Assembly (NCBI GenBank): GCA_013239625.1
Contig: MU054187.1
Coordinates: 15,826,941 to 15,890,940 of the forward strand
Source of the DNA: Lama guanicoe
Taxonomy: Eukaryota
DNA length: 64,000 nucleotides
Reading direction: 5' to 3'
Below, in pieces: positions 22,790-36,455 of this stretch; position 1 is the first letter of the stretch; each line of letters begins with the position of its first letter. A program made the translations under genes and the position numbers. Under the pieces are notes generated by a model, which saw nothing but the letters and a program-made list of their open reading frames with translations, made no database searches and was not told where the DNA came from.

Positions 22790-24062
22790 AAGCAGATTGA
22801 AAAATATAGAAATGCAAAAGAACTAGTATAAACAAAGCTAGTTTGAAAAAGTACAAAGATGAAGGACTTTCATTAGTAGGTATCAGTTACACTACAGTAT
22901 CAAGTTACTCAAGTTACAGTAATAAAAACAGCAGTATCACAGGTGTAAAGATAGACATATTGATCAATGGAACAGAATAGAGTCCAGAAACTGACTCAAA
23001 CTTACAAAGTCAACTGATTTTGAACACATATGCTGATGTAACTTAATGGGGAAAGACTAGTTTTTCTCAACAAAGTGGATATCTACATGTAAAAAAATAA
23101 TTCTCTAAACTTACCTTATAAAAAATAATTCTAAGTGGCTCTTAGACTTACATATAGGAATCAAAGAAGAAATTATGAAGGAAATTAGAAAACATTTCTA
23201 GCTGAATGATAATGAAAAACACATGTTAAAATTCAGCTATAGCAATACTTGGAATAAAATTTATGGCTTTAAAAACCTGTGTGAATAAAGAAAAAAGTGG
23301 GTAAAATCAATGACCTAAGTGTCCACATGAAGAAGTTAGGAAAAGAAGAGCAAATTAAGCCCAAAAGTATTTAGAAAAAGAAAATAATACAAAAGTGGGA
23401 ATAAACAGTATAGGAAACAGAAAACAATAGTGCAAATCAACAAATCCAGAAGTCAGTTCTTTGAAAGGATTAATGCAATTGGTAAATCTGATCAAAATGA
23501 ATCAAAAAAGAGAAAAGAGTGAGAGAAAGGAGTGCGAGCACTGGTTCACTCCTACGCATTTACTCAAGATGTCCATAAAAAGATCTGTATAAGAGTGTTT
23601 AAAATATCATTATTCATAACAGCCCCAAACCTGAAAATGGCCAAATGTCCATTAAGTGGAAAATGGAGTAACAAATTATAGTATATTCAAATTGCAATAC
23701 TAATAAGCAATAATAAGAGTTGAAAAGATAATACACAAAAGTCTAGAAATGTTTCAAATATGTATTGAACTAAAGAATGCAGACACACAAATACTATATA
23801 GTCCATGATTCCATTTATATCTAAGTTTAAGAACAGGCAAAATTAATATATGGTGATAGGACTCAGAGAGCGATTGCATTCATGAATCAGAGTATTGACT
23901 GGAAATAATGCATAAAGAGAATTTCTGGGCCAGTGGAAATCTTACATGCCTGGTTTTGGATGACAGTCACATGGGTGTAAAAAATCGCCCCAAATCATCT
24001 ATCTAAACACTTCAGATCTGTGTATTAATTTTATGTAAATTATACTACAACAATTAAATAAA
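22790..24062 (+). mobile_element. Old LINE-1 (L1M-type) fragments: ORF2 pieces and 3' UTR
   Basis: 'gatagacatattgatcaatggaacagaatagagtccagaaa' (late ORF2); 'aaatcaatgacctaag...aagaagttaggaaaagaagagcaaattaagccc' (early ORF2); 3' UTR 'ttattcataacagccccaaacctgaaaatggccaaatgtcc...tatgtaaattatactacaacaattaaa'. Confidence 0.85.
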
Positions 24063-26344
24063 TTTATAACTCAATCAGAAACATACCAGGAATATATAGG
24101 CTATTAGGATTATATTTTATAATTTTTTAACAGATATTAATGTGAGAAATAGTGACAGCTTGAATCCATGGCTAAGAGGGAAGTATATAAAATGTTAGAA
24201 TAATAGTTACATGGAAATCATTCAGTATACTTTCTTAAATTGAAAACAAAGATGGCATGAAAGACAAATCAAAGACACAAGAGTTAAATTATATAATTGA
24301 GATTAAATAATCTGTTATATTTTCTATCCTACATTTGATTATTTTTGTATGACTTTTAAAGATGAATCCTTCCAGGAGCTTATAGTTGACATCCACAAAA
24401 TTTCTGTGGCTTGGAACTAATCATATTCCTTGCTACCTTCCCACTCTTTCCTTTGCAACTTATATTTAATATTCCATGGATATTTGGTTATATATTTATT
24501 TAAAATGACATCAAACTCAGGAGGAAGTGAAAAAGTAAAAGTATAGGCTTAAGCAAGATAGGTAGTTATGAACGGAATATTTGAGCAGTCTTAGATCACG
24601 TTGTTGCATCCAAAGGATTTAAGTCTTATGAATTAGGAAAATGAGTGATCAGTCCTGTAAAGTGCTCTTGAGAGAAAAATAAAAATTTTTTAATTACAAT
24701 ATTTTTTCAAACACCCCCTTGAGTATTTTTTTTCAATTAAAGTAAATTCCAGAAAATAAGTAGAAAAGCTCAAAATTGTAGGCATCATCTACTTTTCATA
24801 AATTCATCATCCTTTTTTATTGCTTAAAACTGCATTACACGTGCATTTTAATTTCACTGTGAATGGGCTCTTCTGCGTACCCTTGACAGCAGAGAGACAA
24901 AGTCAAGGCTGTCAGGAAAAGAAACCACAGAAGTTCCTGCTGAGCGTGCAGCAAGCTGTCCGAGTTTTACATGAAGAGGTCAGACTTTTCTTGGAGAGTC
25001 ACTCTCCAAGTATAGCATGCTTACAATAATTAGTATCCTGACTACTCCGGAGATGGTTGTAGACACAGCTGTTGTTTAAGGTAGCGGGCACATCAATGGC
25101 GAGGCACTAGGTATTGATTTGTGCAGTGACATCCTTCTAACTATGTCATCTGAGTGAAAGAAGCCCCAAATTGACCAATAATAAAGTGTTAGAAGTTGTA
25201 GTCGCTGCCCTCTTGGGACTTGTTCTAGAAGAATATAGATGCCCCTCCCCCAGCCAGACCGTCAATCCTCCTAAAGGACTTACAGTGACATTAAGTTGAC
25301 CAGTAGGACAATGTAAAGCCCACAATAATGCTTACATCCCATTTGCTATGTGTGTATATGTATGAGCCAGTTTTATGTTAGTTTCCCGTATGCAAACACA
25401 TGGTAATATATGCATATCTATGTAAATAAAATATACATGTATGCCATCATGATCTGAAGAGTTCTTAATTAATGAGAACCACATATAACAATAAAACTGT
25501 CAGGCATTACACATCTTTCATAAAACTAATATCACTTATTTGATAAAACTCATTTCAAAGGCAAAAACTAAGTTAATACTTTTCATCAGAATTAGATGAG
25601 AAACTTCTCAGTAAGATTTTTATTGTTGTTTTACTTTCTATTTGATTATGTTTTCTTTTTCAAATATGGATCCCAGCTATAAAGTTTATGAAGAGATCAC
25701 AAATAAATCTGGATTAGATTATACGAATGTCATTAAAGCCAGGGGCCACACTTGTTTTAAAAACGGTCCACAAAAAGAGTAATAATTACATCTATTTTGG
25801 TCCAAATTATCCCTTGATACATCTTTATATTTAAAATAATTATTCATTTGCAAACTCCTGGATATTGTCTTATAATTTGATGTAAGCTTTCAGAACATAC
25901 ATTTTCTGGTGGTGTCATGTTCCTATGACGTTTTTGAATTGAGAACAAGATTATTTCCTTAATTTATGAAGACATGATAATTGTACCAGTGGGGATATTT
26001 ATAACGTCAAGCTTTAAATTATAGAGTATATATGTGCTAAACTTTGAAAGCAGGCCTTCAGCGTACCCACATTTCATTGATGAAGAGCGTAAAGTCTGTC
26101 ATATTGGGTCTTCCATATATCTAGGTGGTCGGTCAACAAAAGCTGTGCATAGGGAAAGTCTTCAGGTCATGAACCTATTTCACGAGGCATAAAATCAGAA
26201 AATGTGGGCCCTTGTCTTTGGTAGCTTCACTTTGTTTTAATAACCTATTAAATAGCTACCATTCATTCATTCATCTCAACTTACTTGTATCCCAAAATAT
26301 AACCTCTTAGATAAAAGAATTGAATAATTTTATTATCTCCCATG

Positions 26345-26858
26345 TATCATAGTAGCTGGGCTGGGCAGTGATGCTTGAGCAATGAGGTCTGTATTTCTTC
26401 CCCTGGAATCCAGGCAGAGGCTTGTGATGGCTCCAATGGCTAGAAGTGATACCATGAAGCTTTCCAGGTCTATTCATAAAAAAGATACAGCTTTTGGTCC
26501 ACTCTCTCTCTTCAGACACAAACCTTGGAAACTTGACTGCCATGGAAATCTGGCCATCTCATCTATGATGACAGATGTTATCTTAGAGAGATCATGTGAA
26601 GAGACAGCAGAAATAGAGATGCCTAAGGAGCCCCAGCTACATGTGCGCTCAGACCAGGCACCAGTCATGGAAAGGAAGACCCCTCTGAGACAACCCCAGC
26701 CACAGTCACCATTTGACTGTGACCACATGGGCGTTCCCAAGCTAGAACCTCTCCTGAATTACTAACTCATGGACATCATGACAGATAATACATTTTTGGG
26801 TTTTTTTTAAGCCATTAAACTTTAGAATAATTTATTATACAGCTATGGTACCAAAACA
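26345..26858 (+). mobile_element. MaLR LTR (MLT1G/H-like)
   Basis: 'cccctggaatccaggcagaggcttgtga...' and terminus 'ttaagccattaaactttagaataatttattatacagctatggtaccaaaaca'. Confidence 0.75.
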
Positions 26859-27040
26859 TGTACCAATTACCACAGAGTAAATAAAAGGAATAAGACTGTC
26901 TCAAGATTTCTGAAAGCTACCTACCATCTGCATTAGACCCTCCTAAAGTGCTCATTAAAACACGTGTTTATGGATCCCTCCCCAGATTTAAGGAATCAGC
27001 ATCTTTTGTCCTAAAGCCCCTGGAATTAGCTCTGTCTCTC

Positions 27041-27074
27041 CATACGTACATACATACATACATACATACATACT
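27041..27074. repeat. (CATA)n tetranucleotide repeat
   Basis: catacgtacatacatacatacatacatacatac read directly. Confidence 0.9.
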
Positions 27075-27164
27075 AGTCATATTGTTTTTCAGTCATCTCT
27101 TTAAAAACGATTGAATTTAGGAGATCTTGCAACTTGGGAAGAACTCCAAATTGAAGAAAGTCAT

Positions 27165-27425
27165 TGAAGAAAGATCATAGATTTGGAATCAGACAAAGCT
27201 AAGTCCCGCTCAGCTGACTTACCTGTAATGATGTAACTTAACTTTCTTGGTCTCAGGTTCTTCATCTATAAATGGTGGTGATTGCTACTACCTTGTATCA
27301 GAGTTGCAAGGATTAAACTACATGAAGCAGCATGTAAAAGAGACTAACTCATTCCCCGGTTAACACTAATTCTTTCCATTTCCTTTAGTAGTTGTAATAA
27401 TCTAAATAGTGCGTAATAAATGTTC
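27165..27425 (+). mobile_element. MIR SINE
   Basis: 'tagatttggaatcagacaaag...taacttaactttcttggtctcaggttcttcatctataaatgg'. Confidence 0.7.
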
Positions 27426-30400
27426 AGAAACACACACTAGTTGAATTTAAGATAAAATAGATTATTTGAGTTGAATATATTAAAGAATGCAGTCAGTTTT
27501 TTATTAAAGGTTTCTTTACGTAGCTTCCCCAAACTCCCATCCCAGAAATTGGCTGCCTTCATTTGCTTGTTTCCATACAGCTAATACCAGATACGTTTTT
27601 TTTAAACTCTAGATATAGTTGCAAGATTTACAAAGAGACAATAAGATACAATCTGATCCTTAGAAAGAATTTCAAAATTAAGAGACAATTTTGAGTCAAA
27701 TAAGTTTTGAAGGTTTTATCTTTTTTTCATTCATCACAAAATCTATGTTTCTTTTAAGTTTTTCAATCTGATTGTAAAAATATTAAAAGGTTAATTGAAC
27801 AAATGAAGCTTACATGCCAATGTATGTTACTTGGTGACACCGACTTTTCTTTGAAAATTTCTTAGAAAAGTTTCCTCAGCCAAAATATATTTGAACACAT
27901 TCTAAATTTACTGATGAAATAATGTCAAATATATCAATGAAATATTGTCAGCAATGAGCACCAGGATATAGATAATATGCAAATATTGAAATCTTGGCAT
28001 ATACATATCTGATTGAGACATGATCATTTATCCTGCAGTCCTGTTGCAGTAACTCACTGTGTTACTATGTGCCCTATTTCATAAACTTTCCTGAAAGCAT
28101 AAACATCTTTTCTGTAGAACTTACTGGCAGTTGACAGTCTTCAGAATGAAGAATGATATTAGAAGGACCAGAGAATATAGGCCATCAGTCTGGAATCTGG
28201 AAGACTTCTGGAACAGCGGTAATTTCTAGCAGTAGTCCTGACATGGAACAAAAGACAAAGATCTTTATGTGTGCTTTTGTACTAGAACCACAGGAAATCC
28301 TTCATAAACCCCATGGATGCTATTCTGTAATTTCTAGTCCTACAAACATGAGCAAGACACCAGATGGGCTACCATGACCCTTATGATAACATAAGACACA
28401 GCTCTGTGTCTAAAGCTATTAATAGCCATACGAATTTATTCTTCTTATTGCCTTAAAACTAGACATTTCAGTGAAAACGGTCTTGAATGTACTCTCATTC
28501 ATCATATTAAAATTTCTTTAATAGCTTTAAGATACAACTTTTCCAGAAAGACTGTCTTTACAATATTTGACCTCATAAGTCTAGACTCCAGGGGGATGAA
28601 GTCCGGAGATCTACTTAAGTAGCACTTTGAGCCCAAAGAGACCTGGCACATTAAACTAATAAAAAATGACTGTAAAACCATCTGTAAACATGAAGTGCCA
28701 TATAAATGCTTATTAATAAGCATTTTTCTTCAATTTATATTTATTTTTATTCCAAGATGCTTCTTAAAAAATGCATTATGGTTTATTGTGTATAATGTCT
28801 TTCAAACAAATTGTATTCAAGGCATTTTAGAGAGTTAAATACATGTCAGTATGTGGCATAAATTATAGAAGGACACTTTGAATGGTAAATGAATTAGCGC
28901 ATTCAGTCATAAGGCCAGAGAGAAATGGGTTGTGTAAGCGTCTGGTTTGAAATATCTAGACTCCCTGGAACCAACGCTTCAAATCCCAGCAGGCCAGCTC
29001 TGTCCTTCATCCTTCTGAGATAGGAGTCCATTCAGTTTACAGTCTGCTGGTTTTTTGAATGATCCCATGAAACAGTAGGCATGTCTGCTTTGTGTGAACA
29101 TTTTACAGAGTCAGCGCAAGGAAAAAAAATTCACGAGATTTTAAGCAGAACTAAGGTATTTAATGTGGGCAATATTTCAGTGGTGAAGCGAGGCTGACTT
29201 AGAACCTAGCCAGAGTGAGGGCTGGAGAAGAATATTCAAGGTTTTAAAAGAGAAAAGAGAAATTAGCACCTGATTGATTGCTCCTACTGACCCCTAGAAG
29301 TGTTTTTAAGTCTGGGGAAATGGATTCCGATACAAGGACAGACTTCACAGCAGCGCGGAATTGACCTGCACTACGTAGTTGATATTTTGGATCACCTTAT
29401 GGTTTTTTATGAAGCATTAATCTGAATCTATAATGAAAAGCATTTATTTTCTAGACAAAACTTACAAGATTTTATGAATGTAATGTAATAAAAAGAACAC
29501 AAGTCACATTTGAATATGGCCTTTCTAAAGACGCGAGCGTGGTGCTCCTAAGTGCTGATTTTCAAGTTTCCTCAGACTCCAAAAACTCTGCCAAGTTTCA
29601 GGCAGATGGTTATAAGAAACTGGAATTCAAATAAAGGGGACTCGAGTCTTTCCCAGATAATGACGTATTAGATTTTCCTAGATTCTTATTAGGGTTATGA
29701 GGATGCTTACAGCATAAATCAAAACTGGGAATGGACACAGTCCCAGGTTGCTTCTCTCTCACTTCAAGACACTCCACAAGTCCTGGTGGTAAATAAAAAG
29801 CTAGAATGATCTAGGTTTATCTTCAGATTTCATCAGTAGGTTTTGTCTGACTGGTGATTGTGGTCAATTTTGTAAGAAAAAACTTTTTTCCTTAAAACTA
29901 GTATTTGATATTTTATTTCTCCAAGATATCTCCTTAAAACCACTTCTTTAAGCTTTCACTGTTTCTGAATCCCCCCTATTATCTTTTCAAAGAGCTATTA
30001 AAAGCTATCCATAGTACAGATGAGGTGCCAAGAAGACAGGCTAGAAGTCCTATCAACTTGTCCTGAAAAGAGTAAACTAACAGAAATAAAATAAAAGCAT
30101 GAGACCAACCCCTAGACTTTTATTAAACAACCTCTTCACTGCAATGCAGGTACATGTACAGCAATCCTGAAGCAAGGTAACCACTGTTGTCTATGTCTAT
30201 GTGAATAAAGAATCATGTCATCAAGACAATAGATCAATTTCTTCCCTCACTTTAATTTTTCACCTAGATAATACTTGCTCTTTTTTTCAAGACTCAAAGT
30301 TCTCCTCTATCAAGTTTTGTCTAACTCACCTCTGGTTTAGAGCCCCTCTTCGGGCTCTAATAGCATCCATATGTCCCTCACATAGCTTAAGTCAGACCTA

Positions 30401-30504
30401 GAAGTCACTATCACCTCTCTGTCTAGCTTTCTCCTCTGCTTTGTACCCTTAGTCTGCTGTAAACTAAGGGAAATACTCCAATAGAAAGAATTAAATATTT
30501 TAAT

Positions 30505-31068
30505 ATGTACATGGATCTCTTTCAAAATTGCTCCCAAATTTCCCCTTTCCCCTGATGTGGATATCCTGTATAATCTGCTGTATTTGAGTGTGAATAAGAT
30601 AGGATATCACTCCTGTGATTAAGTTATTAAGCAGTTAATTTTGGGTTAATCAAAAAGATTATCCAGGTGGGCCTGACCTAATCAGATGAGCCATAAAAAG
30701 GGACTTGGTCCCTTCTGAGTCAGAGATTGGAAGTGTGAGAAGGTCTCTGGAGGGTGTCATGTGGCAAGGACCTGAAAGGGGCCTCTATGGGCTGAGGTGG
30801 TCCTTAGCCAACAACTAGCAAGACAGTGGAACCTCAGGCCTACAGCTGCAAGGAAGTTAATTCCTCCAAAACCCTGAAGGAGCTTGGAAGTGAATCCTTT
30901 CCTCATTAGGCTTCCAAATGGGAATATAAGAGACCAATATCTTGATTTTAGCCTATGCGATCCTGTGTAGAGTACTCCACTAAAATGTGTGGGCTCAAGG
31001 AAACTGTGAGACAAAAATGTTGTTGCCTTATACCACCAAGCCTGTGGTACCATAAGGAAACTAATAAA
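30505..31068 (+). mobile_element. MaLR LTR (MLT1E-like) inserted in L2
   Basis: 'gattatccaggtgggcctgacctaatcagatgagcc...catgtggcaaggacctgaaagggggcctct...acagctgcaaggaagttaattc...aaactgtgagacaaaaatgttg...ggaaactaata'. Confidence 0.8.
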
Positions 31069-31069
31069 G

Positions 31070-31340
31070 AGACTTTCCTAAGCCACTCTACTAAAAATTG
31101 CAAACATTCCCCAACACCGTGGTGCTACCCAACCTTCTTTTCTATTGTACTTTTTATAATGCTTATCAACCTCTATCTTACTATATAATTTATTTATCTA
31201 TCTTGCTTATTTTCTATTTATCCCCTTCACCATGGAGTGTAAGTTCCATGAGGGCAAGGAAATTTTAATCGTTATGATTAATTCATTTTTATCCCCCCAG
31301 TACCTCAAATATAGCATAGCATATGATAGCAGTCTATATT
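31070..31340 (+). mobile_element. LINE-2 3' end
   Basis: 'ggagtgtaagttccatgagggcaaggaaatttt...tatccccccagtacctcaaatatagcatagcatat'. Confidence 0.75.
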
Positions 31341-31411
31341 TGTATGCTGTTTTAAGCCACTGAATTTGTAGTAATCTCTTACACAGCATACAAAACAAAC
31401 ACAATGGGTAC

Positions 31412-31860
31412 TGTAGATTGATTATAAAAATTATGCAGATTAATCCCCTTCCTGTATTCATATCCTTTGCACTAAATATAGCTTTCCATTAAGAGATAGC
31501 ATTTATTTTCCACTCCTTGAGTCTGCTCTGCTTTGTGACTCAATTTAATCAGCAGAATGAGTCTGATGAAATGTTGTGTCATTTCGAAATACCCTGTTTT
31601 CTTCCTTTGATCCTTACTCCTGTAGTGGGAACAAGTCTGAGATAAACTGCTAGAATTTTGAGCTGAGGACAAGCATAGACAAGCCTGCACACAGCTGTCC
31701 ATAACATACGTCGGAAAGTCTAGCCAAGATGAGCAGATCTACGTAATTGACCAAGAGGTGAAAAAGTTTGGGGAGGTTTGCCTGACTCGAAGCCCCAGTA
31801 TTTGTAGCCTATAGCTGACACAGAAGAAAATGAATGAGCTTAAGTAGCCATAATAGCAGT
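31412..31860 (+). mobile_element. MaLR LTR (MLT1H-like), partial
   Basis: 'tgtagattgattataaaaa...ccccttcctgtattcatatcctttgca...ttccactccttgagtctg...tgtgactcaatttaatcagcagaatg'. Confidence 0.6.
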
Positions 31861-34512
31861 GCACTGTCTAAAAAAAAAGGAGAAATTAACATTTCTTACT
31901 TGATTTTAGGATGCTTAATTGAAATAGAGTGTTCTATCTGAGAACTACTGGTAATGTGTTAGCATTGATGGCATTATTTTTCTCAAAAGGAGTTTATACA
32001 ATGGTGAGGATCTGAAACCGTATCTATAGAGAAATAGATTTTTTAAAGAGACCTAATGATAAATTATAGATGATAAAATCGCATCACATTGAGTCTTTAT
32101 TATGCAAAAGAAATCTTCAGTATTTGAGGTGTTACTAAAGGCCAAATATTTCTAAACTATGAATGAAAATTCCAATTGAAAATATGTTGGTTCAATTGAA
32201 GGAGTAATGTTCTGAAACCTAGAGCATTAAAAAAAAAAAAAAAAAGGACCCTTAGAAGCCAGTGTTTTCTAGTGGCTAGAAATTTCTCAAACCTGCGATT
32301 ACTGTTTCTCATACCATCGCTGGAGCTGGGATCTGGGATTACTGTGCCACTGGCAGAACTGATGTGCTGGACAGACAGTAGGGCCAGATGATTCCTAATA
32401 TCACTTCCAAATGTAAGAATGTTTATTAGTTTGTGTCCTGGAGGTTGAGTTTAATTATAACGCAGCATCTAATGTAATTTACTTTTGCATTTTCTAAACT
32501 CTTACTCTTTTAGATAGTTTTCATAAAATTAGTGCAGTAGAAGCTTGGAAAATAATTTCAATACAGAATATATCATGAGATGCAATAATATTGTCAGGTC
32601 TGGCCATTAAAGTTTTCTGTACAGAATATACAACAAAAAAAAAACAATATGCAGAATAGTTGCTTATTTTAGAATATGATTTTCTCTCTGTCTTTCTGAG
32701 ATTCAAATACATATATCAAAACAGACACATATTTTTAAAGAACTCTCAACACAAAGAACAGCAACATGCATTCAGATTACATTTTAAGCAGAATAAACAG
32801 ATCATGAATATTTATGTGGTTTGGAAAGACTTGTATTCCATGCTCTGTATGGCCAACCAAATAATTATGCAAAGATAGTTTCACTTAAAATTACAAATGC
32901 CATATTTTAGTTTGTGTTCAACAGTTTTAATGCATATTGATAATGGAAGGAAATAGCTTCTATTTAAAAAACAATACATTTAAGTTGGAAAAATGCCATT
33001 ACAGCATATTTTAAAATGTTAAAATGGCTGGAATTGTGTTACGGTAAGAGCTAACAAGGGTCCAAATGCTGACTGATGTTTAAAAACTAGACATAATTGC
33101 CTCTTTTGAAGAGAATATACTTCTAAGATTTAGTCTGATAAGTTCCTATTCTCTGATTTATGCATTTACTGTGTTTAGCTTGTCCAGTTTGACCTGTACA
33201 TACAACAAAGTGAACCAGAAACTCCGAACAGAGGTTATTATGAGTTAGGAGCGGAGTGACGTATCTCTAATAGGAAATCATATGAATAGCAATTTAGTTC
33301 TTTTATCTTACTGCATGACAGATCATATAATTAATCTTTTAAAAAAGGAATTTGCAGTCATAATGTCAACCTAATGCTCTGCGAGACATCTGGGAATGAA
33401 GAGCATGCCTATAAAATAAATAGGTTATAATATAAAGAACAGAAATACTTTATTAAGATTCAGATTGGTAAATAAGATACAAATGTCCTCACATTCTGTT
33501 AAATAGAAAAACTACAGGCGTAGGAATTAGACATCATTTCGGAATCAGGCATCATTTCAGATTCAGGGTGAACTACTTTTCAGCTCTGTGTCCTTCCACA
33601 AATTTTTTGAACGTCTTTGAACCTCAGTTTCTGTGTTTATAAAATGTACAATATAAAGTATTTGTTACGTAGAAAATATGTAAAGTATTCATTACTTCTT
33701 TGTGAGCTAGTTTCCACACTTTCTTCTCTTTCTCCTCTCATCTCAGAGAGGCACCCTAGCCCGAGGCAGTTTACCATTACACATTTGGCTCCTGGAATTC
33801 ATGTCCCATTTTTATCACTCTTATAACTGAAAACACACATTCTGTATTTGCTGTTGCAAAATACATTCCTCTCCTCATCTAAGTCTAGTGGCAATGTTTT
33901 AAATACCATATTTTTTTTTTACAATAAATACATTATGTATTTATGGAAACCTTTAGATAAGATTGAAAATATTTTCCCTTTCTTGGTGGAAAGGGGGAAG
34001 TCCTCAATAACTGACATTAATGTCAGTGGGAAAAAAGAACTTGAGAAATAGAATAAAAAATTAAAAAAAAAAGAACTTGAAGAACAGTCCCCCCTCACCC
34101 CGGTATACTTTCCTGAAATATGGAGAAAGATTTCTTTTATCCCAAAGGTATAATCTTTATTCCAATTAAGGATAGGTTTTAAGAACAGAAAGGCACACAG
34201 GGATCACCTGGTCCAACCCTCTGCTTTTAGACTGGTAATTCATCACTATGACATTTCACAACGGAAGCGACTGATGTTCAGTTCAAAGGGAGAGGGGGTT
34301 CCTATAAGAGCGTTTATCAAGCTACAATATGAAGTCACAGTAGGATGTTCCACTGTGGTTTGCATTTTTTGTATTTCCTATCTTCTTGACAAGCTTCTAA
34401 CACCTTATACAGAACTTCAGGGAACTTCTTTTCTCCTATTCTACAGATTTTTCTGCCCAGCTGTTGAAGATGTATAAATTCTACACCGAGCAAGTGAAGT
34501 CATTAGACTTTC

Positions 34513-34931
34513 TGTGGCAGCAACTGCCTAACTCTTCACCATTTCTGTCTTTCTCTTCCTGGAGAAGAAATTAAACTACACAAATAAACTACACTTCCCA
34601 GTCTCTCTTGTCATTAGTTGTCAGTGTGACTGATTTCTAACCAATAGAAAGCAAGCAGAGGGGATGGGTACCACTTCCAGGTTCTTCAGAACAACTTCTC
34701 ATACTGTCTTCTAGACTCGGTCTATGCTGGCAGGCTGGGATGGAGACCACTGATGATGTTTCAAAAGCAATTTGTTACAGGTGGAAATAGCAGATAAAAG
34801 AGGGTTTTAGATGACAGTCACCACATTGGTAAGAGGTGACATGCTAATACAAAGAAAAATGCCAATTTTATTAAACAACTGAGGTTTTGTGGTTTAACCA
34901 CTATGGTTGTTAGCATTACTTTATCCTATCC
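34513..34931 (+). mobile_element. ERVL LTR (LTR16C-like)
   Basis: 'tgtggcag...actacacttcccagtctctcttg...tgtgactgatttctaaccaatag...ccacttccagg' and end 'gttagcattactttatcctatcca'. Confidence 0.65.
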
Positions 34932-35014
34932 ATGAAGTTTAATATCTAAGACAAATGTTATGGAGAAACACATATGCTTTATTCTCTTATTCATTTGAAA
35001 TATGTTTGTTTTAG

Positions 35015-35150
35015 ATGCACATGTATATGTAATACATATACATAACATGTATATATTTATTATATAGTTTTATATTATATATAATACACACATGCATTAT
35101 GCCTGTATTCATATGTACTGTATATAATGCTTATATAATCCATATAGTAT
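35015..35150. repeat. TA/CA-rich low-complexity tract
   Basis: Alternating purine-pyrimidine tract read directly. Confidence 0.75.
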
Positions 35151-36313
35151 TGACAGAAACCAAAGGAAAAGGTCAAACTACTGCACTGCAGAGGAGTAAA
35201 ACAACAAGATTTATTTATGGCACCAGAAAAGAAAGCATTCCAAATGTAAAGTCTTAACAATTGAAGAAGAATATGGAGGTGAGTATTACATGAACAAAAG
35301 AAGTATTTGAAATATTGGAAAGAAAGCTATGTCAAACACATCATGTGATACCACCAGAAGCTCTGGGGAGAGTGGTAGTCACTGAATGGTAATATCAAAG
35401 TTTGTTCAACTGGGCAAGAAGAGTGTTTCCAACCTAAAGTATGAAATGAGGGAAAGGAGCATCATCAAAATCACCTCTGTCTCCCTCTGGTAGAAACACT
35501 GATAATGGCTTGGTGTCCAAATGCACTAGAATTAAGGACTTCAGAAGTAAAGACTCAAAATGAGAGATCTTGAATGAAGGCTTTGGATGTGGGAAAAATA
35601 AGATAGAGAGAAAGAGAAGATCTGAAATATGCTATTAAAAAGGCCAAAGATCAAGGTTTTATTAAAAATCTATCCGAAGTGGTGCTAAAATCTTGAGAAA
35701 TATTTGTTCATGCAAAAGACAGTGAATTGAAAATATTACCTGACCTTGTTAGTGCAGTAAAAACTATTCCAGTTACTAATGTATTCTGACCTTGGCTTTT
35801 ATATATTAACATAGCTAATTCTTATCCATGATGAAGTGTCTGGAAACAAACATACAGTTGTTTGCAAAACCATTATTACTGATGAATGTTCTTGAAGTTT
35901 TATAATTATTAATTAGTATAGTCTTTTCACACACACAAAAAGTTAATGTGCTTCATTCTGGAAAAAAATAAGGTGCTTATGAACATTTGAATGAAAAACA
36001 AAGAAGCTAATAGTTAAGACCATTTGTCTTTGTGTTAACCTTGGAATTAATTGAATTTCTATATTAATGGTCATGATTTCTGGAATGACTTTACTTTTTG
36101 CCTCTGAGCCTCAATTTTCTGATATCCAAAATGTTAATAAGAGTATCTATCTCATAAAGTAATTGTGGGGAAAAAATGGACTAATATTTGTAAAGCAATG
36201 GATTTTATTAAGCCCAGTATAGATTAAGCTCTAACAAAACCATTTAAAGCCTTAGTGAACATTAACATTTTCATTTTTTCTCCCAATGGAAACATCAGAC
36301 AGGGTTCTGTGTC

Positions 36314-36455
36314 TTTATATAGATACATGTATAAGTGTGTACATACATGCTTATATATGTTTGTATTAAAGAGTACATGTGTTTATATGTATATTTGTTC
36401 ATATATACATACATGTGTATGTAAGTTCTCTGTATATATGCATATTTATATATAG
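36314..36455. repeat. (TA)/(TG)/(CA) decayed microsatellite tract
   Basis: Read directly; accounts for ORF 36255..36455. Confidence 0.8.

Noticed and set aside
26382..26765. 127-aa ORF and internal CACAGTCA/TGACTGTG hairpin
   Set aside because: Entirely inside a MaLR LTR
28394..28411. AGACACAG-CT-CTGTGTCT inverted repeat
   Set aside because: 8-bp arms are within chance expectation for 64 kb and have no supporting context
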